NCBI GenBank assembly: GCA_963697585.1
Contig: CAVOOO010000009.1
Coordinates: 741,248-805,247, forward strand
DNA length: 64,000 bases
DNA from: an uncultured Chloroflexia bacterium
GTDB lineage: Bacteria; Chloroflexota; Dormibacteria; Aeolococcales; Aeolococcaceae
Direction of reading: 5' to 3'
Positions 59,520 through 64,000 of the stretch are shown here, one piece after another; the first letter of the stretch is position 1, and each line of letters starts with the position of its first letter. The notes beneath the pieces are model-generated. The model saw only the letters and a list, made by a program, of their open reading frames with translations. It had not been told where the DNA came from and did no database searches. Both the position numbers and the translations under genes were made by a program.

Positions 59520-60740
59520 ATGCGGCGGGGCTCGTCGGTTAGCTTCCTGGCTGGGGTCGGCGTCTCTGCCTTTGGTGACTGGCTGACCACATTCGCGCTC
59601 GCGGTGGTCCTATATCGCGAAACCGGCAGCTACGCCGCCACCGCCGGCTATTTCCTGGTTCGCGTGGCTCCGCGCCCTCTGGGCGCCTGGCTGGGCGGTC
59701 CACTCGGTGACCTCGTCAGCCCGCGTCTCGGCATCCTCTCCGCGGCGCTGACCCAGGGAGTGATCACCGCAGCCCTGGCAATCCCCCTCTCTCTCGATCG
59801 CGCCCTCTGGTCGGTTTACGTCCTGGCCGGGCTGTCCCAGTTGGTGGGCGGATCCTGGCAGCCGCTCACCGCCGCGGTCATGGCTAAGCTCGCCACCGGC
59901 CAGGATCGCCACACCCTCAACCTCGTGTACATCAGCCTGAGCGGCGGGGCGATGCTGGTCTCGCCGGCCATCGGCGTTCTGCTGCTGCCGTCGCTCGGAG
60001 CAGTGCCATTGGTCCTCGCCGACGCGGCCACCTTCGCCGTGGCCGCGATCTTCTTCGCCTTGCTTCCGGTCATGCCCGCCGGCGCCGTGCACCGCCTGAC
60101 CCTCCGCAGTGCCGCACTCGACGGATTCACCGCCGTCCTCCGCCAGCGCACGCTGCGGGTCATCGCGGCGGGCGCCTTCGCGTCGACGGTGGCGATCACC
60201 GCACTTCAGGCGGCGCTGCCGGCACTGGCCTCAGAGAGGTTTGGCAACGCGGCGGACGCCGGCATCCTCTACGCATCGGTCGGGCTTGGGAGCATCGCGG
60301 GCTCGCTGATCGTTCTCTGGCGTCCGCTCCGACGCCCCGGAGTCATCCTTCCCGGCATCGCCGCGGAGATCGCCGGGATCGGCGTCGTGGCCCTCGCCGG
60401 GGCGCCGGCCGCGGACCTCCTCGTCCTCGTCGCCAGCACGGGGATGGCAAGCCTGGCTCAGGTCGAGGGTGGGGTGGTGGTCCAGAGCCAGCCCGCGGAG
60501 GCAGTCGGCCGCATCCAGGGCGCGGTCTCGACAAGTCGCTACCTCGGGATGTCAGGCGGAGCAGCCCTGGCCCTGATCCTCGCCGTCACGCTCCGGGGCA
60601 ACTGGGAGATGCTGGTTGTGAGCCTCGCGATCGGCGGATTGATCCTGCTGGGCGCCTCAGCGCTCGGCCCGGGGACCGGATCGGAAGCGGGGATGGCGAA
60701 TGCAGCGGCCAACTCCCCGCTCGCGGAGATCCCCGACTGA
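59520..60740 (+). CDS. MFS transporter (H+-antiporter-like)
   Basis: S-x-FGDWL N-terminus, G-x-LGD motif-A-like loop and about 12 TM helices. Confidence 0.8.
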   Translation: MRRGSSVSFLAGVGVSAFGDWLTTFALAVVLYRETGSYAATAGYFLVRVAPRPLGAWLGGPLGDLVSPRLGILSAALTQGVITAALAIPLSLDRALWSVYVLAGLSQLVGGSWQPLTAAVMAKLATGQDRHTLNLVYISLSGGAMLVSPAIGVLLLPSLGAVPLVLADAATFAVAAIFFALLPVMPAGAVHRLTLRSAALDGFTAVLRQRTLRVIAAGAFASTVAITALQAALPALASERFGNAADAGILYASVGLGSIAGSLIVLWRPLRRPGVILPGIAAEIAGIGVVALAGAPAADLLVLVASTGMASLAQVEGGVVVQSQPAEAVGRIQGAVSTSRYLGMSGGAALALILAVTLRGNWEMLVVSLAIGGLILLGASALGPGTGSEAGMANAAANSPLAEIPD

Positions 60741-60915
60741 GAGGGAGCGGCGTCCAGCCCTCCGTGAGGGAGGAGCGCCTCGGGGGGCGTTGAGCCATCC
60801 AGAGGGTCTCGACCTCCCGTGCTAGCATCCCAACCGGCTGGATCAGCGCCGGTGGGCCAGGCGATCGGGAGCCTCGAGGCGAGCGAAGCGACCTGGGCGC
60901 GGGACCGGCAGGGAG

Positions 60916-62046
60916 GTGGCGCGCATGGCCACACGGGCAGTCGATCGGGTTCGCGCGAGGGTGACGGGACGCCTCGCCGCCGGGATCGTCGCCTGCCTGC
61001 TGACCGGTGCCGGGGTCAGCGGCTGCGGAGGGACGACCTCCAGGCCGACCGCACACGCCTCGACCCCGACCGCCTCGACCGCCACGGCCTCGGCAGCGCC
61101 GCGGACGGCCACCCCCACCGCCGTGGCGACCTCGACGCCGGCGGCGCGGGCGGGGAGCTGGTCGACCGCCGAGAGCGTCGACCCGGGGCTGGACCTGGTG
61201 GCGATCTCCTGCCCGTCGACCACCGAGTGCGTCGCCGTCGACGCCAACTCGGGGGGCACCGCCACCTCCGGGAACGCCGTCACATACGACGGCAGCTCCT
61301 GGTCGGCACCCACCCCCATCGATCAGCCCAACAGCCTGGTTTCGATCTCGTGCCCCACCGCCGGCTTCTGCGCCGCGGTGGACAGCGCCGGTGATGCCCT
61401 GACATACGACGGGAGCTCGTGGACCCCCTTTACCGGGGTCGACGCGGTGGGCCAGTTCGAGGCCGTCTCCTGCGTCTCGGCCTCGTTCTGCGTCGCCGTG
61501 GACAACTCCGGCAGCGCGTACACGTTCGACGGGTCGGCCTGGTCCAGCCCGGTCCAGGTGGACTCGACCGAGGGCAACCTGACCTCGGTGTCCTGCAGCT
61601 CGACCAGCTTCTGCGTGGGGGTCGGCGCCACCGGCGCCTTCACCTTCAACGGCTCGTCGTGGTCCCGCCCGACCGGCCTCGGGGCCGGCGTGACCTCGGG
61701 AACCGGGCCGCCGGAAGGGGTCTCCTGCGCCTCCCCGACCTTCTGCGTCGCGGTCGGCAGCGACGGCGGCGCCTACACGTACAACGGCAGCTCGTGGTCC
61801 ACCCGGGCGGACGTGGACGCGATCGACGGGGTCTCCGGGGGCCTCACCGCGGTCTCGTGCCCCACCACCTCCTTCTGCATGGCGGTGGACGAGGACTCGA
61901 ACCGCTCGGTGATGTTCAGCGGCAGCTCCTGGTCCGCCCCGATCCCGGCGAGCTCCGGGTACGGCTTGGAGGCGGTGTCGTGCCCCTCCACCTCGTTCTG
62001 CGTCGCCGTCGACGACAATGCGGACGTCCTGACCTGGCACAGCTGA
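60916..62046 (+). CDS. Lipoprotein with seven SC-x-S-x-x-FC-x-AV...WS repeats (predicted 7-blade beta-propeller)
   Basis: Lipobox VSGC, a Thr/Ala/Pro stalk and 7 countable two-Cys repeats of about 42 aa. Confidence 0.82.
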   Translation: MARMATRAVDRVRARVTGRLAAGIVACLLTGAGVSGCGGTTSRPTAHASTPTASTATASAAPRTATPTAVATSTPAARAGSWSTAESVDPGLDLVAISCPSTTECVAVDANSGGTATSGNAVTYDGSSWSAPTPIDQPNSLVSISCPTAGFCAAVDSAGDALTYDGSSWTPFTGVDAVGQFEAVSCVSASFCVAVDNSGSAYTFDGSAWSSPVQVDSTEGNLTSVSCSSTSFCVGVGATGAFTFNGSSWSRPTGLGAGVTSGTGPPEGVSCASPTFCVAVGSDGGAYTYNGSSWSTRADVDAIDGVSGGLTAVSCPTTSFCMAVDEDSNRSVMFSGSSWSAPIPASSGYGLEAVSCPSTSFCVAVDDNADVLTWHS

Positions 62047-62056
62047 GGAGATCGCC

Positions 62057-62413
62057 ATGGCTGTCACCGGCGTGCACCTGCTCTTCTTCTCCCCCGAGGC
62101 GGACGCCCTCCGCGAGACCCTCCGGGACGCCCTCGGCTGGTCCCACGTCGACGCCGGCGGGGGCTGGCTGATCTTCGCCACCCCGCCGGCCGAGATCGCG
62201 GTCCACCCCGGGGAGACGCCGGGCCATGAGATCTCGCTGATGTGCGACGACCTCGACGCCACCCTCTCCGAGCTGCGCGCCCGCGGCGTGCGGGTGCGGG
62301 GCGAGCCCGAGACGCGGCGATTCGGCCGGGCGGTCACGCTGATGCTGCCCGGAGAGGTGGAGGTGCTCCTGTACCAGCCGGCCCACCCGTCCCCGATCGG
62401 AGCCGGTCAGTAG
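62057..62413 (+). CDS. VOC / glyoxalase-like protein
   Basis: H...DAGGGWLIF-x-x-PPAE-x-AVHP...LMCDDL...LYQP pattern, with RBS GAGGAG. Confidence 0.82.
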   Translation: MAVTGVHLLFFSPEADALRETLRDALGWSHVDAGGGWLIFATPPAEIAVHPGETPGHEISLMCDDLDATLSELRARGVRVRGEPETRRFGRAVTLMLPGEVEVLLYQPAHPSPIGAGQ

Positions 62414-63240
62414 CGCGGGGCGGCGGCCCCCCGGGCCCGCGGCGAGTCCCCGGCGCCGGGCATGGTCCCGATGACGACGGTGGCGTCGAGTTCGTCGAGG
62501 CTGGTGACCTCGGCCGGCAGCCCGCTCGCGGCGAGGATCTCCGCGGCCCGGGGCGCCTGCGCCTCGCTGGTCTCGACCAGGAGGCAGCCGCCCGGGGCCA
62601 GCCAGCCGGGCGCCCCGGCGGCGACCCGGCGCAGCACGTCGAGCCCGTCGGCTCCTCCATCGAGCGCCCGCCGCGGCTCGTACAGCCGCGCCTCCCTGGG
62701 CAGGAGGGCGATCTCCTCGGTGGGGACGTAGGGGACGTTGGCCACCAGGACGTCGACCCGGCCGCGCAGGCCCGGGGGCAGGGGGTCGTAGAGGTCCCCG
62801 GCGTGCACCTGACCACCGATGCCGGCGAGGTTGCGCCGGGCGCACCGCACCGCGGTGGCATCGATCTCGGTGGCGTGCAATTGGACCGTTGGCGACGCCG
62901 CCACCAGCGCGGCGCCCACCGCCCCCGAACCGCAGCAGAGGTCCACCACGACCGACCCCGGGCGGGTGCGTGCGGCCGCCTGGGAGGCGAGGAACTCGGT
63001 GCGATGGCGAGGAACGAACACCCCGGGTTCGACCGCCACCCGCAACCCGCAGAACTCCGCCCAGCCGAGGACGTACTCGAGGGGCTCACCGCCTGCGCGG
63101 CGCTCCACCATCAGGGTGAGATCACCCGGCGTCGGCGCCGCCGCAATCAGCAGCGCGGCCTCGTCCTCGGCGAAGACGCAGCCGGCGGCGCGGAGGCGGA
63201 CGACGACCTCAGGGGGCGCGAGCGGTACCGGGTCAGGCAT
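62407..63240 (-). CDS. PrmC/HemK-related putative protein N5-glutamine methyltransferase
   Basis: LRAAGCVFAEDEA, GEPLEYVLG, VFVPR-x-RTE, DLCCGSG, NVPY and ALDGG-x-DGL. Confidence 0.85.
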   Translation of the reverse strand: MPDPVPLAPPEVVVRLRAAGCVFAEDEAALLIAAAPTPGDLTLMVERRAGGEPLEYVLGWAEFCGLRVAVEPGVFVPRHRTEFLASQAAARTRPGSVVVDLCCGSGAVGAALVAASPTVQLHATEIDATAVRCARRNLAGIGGQVHAGDLYDPLPPGLRGRVDVLVANVPYVPTEEIALLPREARLYEPRRALDGGADGLDVLRRVAAGAPGWLAPGGCLLVETSEAQAPRAAEILAASGLPAEVTSLDELDATVVIGTMPGAGDSPRARGAAAPRY

Positions 63241-63266
63241 CCCCTCCTCCCCCATCGAGCTCGGTG

Positions 63267-64000
63267 TCAGCCGGCGGCTTCCCTTCGGGTTGGGCCGGCC
63301 CAGGCCAGGTGCAGGCCGCACTCCTTGACCGAGTCATCCTCCCACCACCAGCGTCCGGCGCGCTCACCCTCGCCCGGCCGGGTCGCCCGGGTGCAGGGCG
63401 CGCAGCCGATCGACGTGTAGCCGCGCGCGTAGAGCGGGTGACGGGGGAGCTCATGGGCGCGGAGATGGTCCCAGACCTCGTCGTGGCTCCACGCCGCCAG
63501 GGGGGCGAGCTTGGCGATCCCGCCATGGGCGGAGTCGCGCTCCACCACCGGTGTGGCGGTGCGGCTGCTGCTCTGCTCGCGGCGCAGCCCGGTGACCCAG
63601 GCGTCGTACCCGCGCAGCGCGGCGCTGAGCGGGCGGGTCTTGCGGACCTCGCAGCAGAGGTGACGGAGCTCGGGGGAGCGCCGGAAGAGATTGACACCGT
63701 GGTCGGCGGCCATCGACTCCACGGCCTCCGGTTCGGGGGTGATGACCCGAACCCGCACCGGGAACCGTCGCCGGACCGTGTCGATGAGGGCGTGGGTCTC
63801 CTCGGGGAGGCGGCCGGTGTCGAGGGTCACGACCTCGACACCCGGGAGCAGCCGGCTGGCGATGTCGATGAGCACGATCGACTCGGCCTGGAAGCTCGCG
63901 ACCAGGGCCACCCGCCGGTAGCGGCCGAAGGCCCACGCCAGGATCGCCTCGGCGCTCTCCCCCTCGAGCTCACGGGCGGCCGCCATCAGGTCGTCGGGCA
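63267..64000 (-). CDS. cysH: Adenylyl/phosphoadenylyl-sulfate reductase (4Fe-4S type); the start probably lies at or just beyond the window edge
   Basis: LDTG, CCEVRK, TGLRR, GYTSIGCAPC and ECGLH. Confidence 0.92.
   Translation of the reverse strand, partial: PDDLMAAARELEGESAEAILAWAFGRYRRVALVASFQAESIVLIDIASRLLPGVEVVTLDTGRLPEETHALIDTVRRRFPVRVRVITPEPEAVESMAADHGVNLFRRSPELRHLCCEVRKTRPLSAALRGYDAWVTGLRREQSSSRTATPVVERDSAHGGIAKLAPLAAWSHDEVWDHLRAHELPRHPLYARGYTSIGCAPCTRATRPGEGERAGRWWWEDDSVKECGLHLAWAGPTRREAAG

Noticed and set aside
61141-62040. Regularly spaced DNA repeats resembling a CRISPR array (also within 7894-10100)
   Set aside because: The repeats are degenerate at third codon positions and in frame, so they are protein repeats.

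Overview
A GC-rich (roughly 70%+, estimated by eye) chromosomal segment of a soil-type monoderm bacterium. The lpd-bkdA1-bkdA2-bkdB and lipA/lipB order, prfB-ftsE-ftsX-ctpA, the Cys-repeat lipoproteins and many apparently leaderless genes suggest Candidatus Dormiibacterota or a related Terrabacteria lineage; this is inference only. No CRISPR array, transposase, integrase or rRNA was seen. Housekeeping and metabolic content: a fatty-acid/propionate catabolic block, threonine aldolase, gadB, uppP, dtd, tRNA-Val(TAC), rpiA, lipAB, pruA, a branched-chain 2-oxoacid dehydrogenase operon, ctpA, a frameshifted ftsX, ftsE, prfB with a programmed +1 frameshift, and cysH. Most interesting accessory loci: (1) 30.1-34.0 kb, four paralogous small two-Cys secreted subunits plus a DNRLRE-like protein, all sharing a non-canonical 'A|A(S/G)L' processing motif, followed by a dedicated SipW-type signal peptidase; this is a candidate undescribed TasA-like fibre/pilus system. 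(2) A DesK/DesR-like locus preceded by an unannotated 44-aa membrane microprotein and an in-frame Cys3His extension that may give two kinase isoforms. (3) A type III PKS + O-methyltransferase + FAD oxygenase + UbiA cluster. (4) A decayed duplicate of the E2 gene 3' end next to a truncated NmrA gene. (5) Two secreted disulfide-rich beta-propeller proteins.
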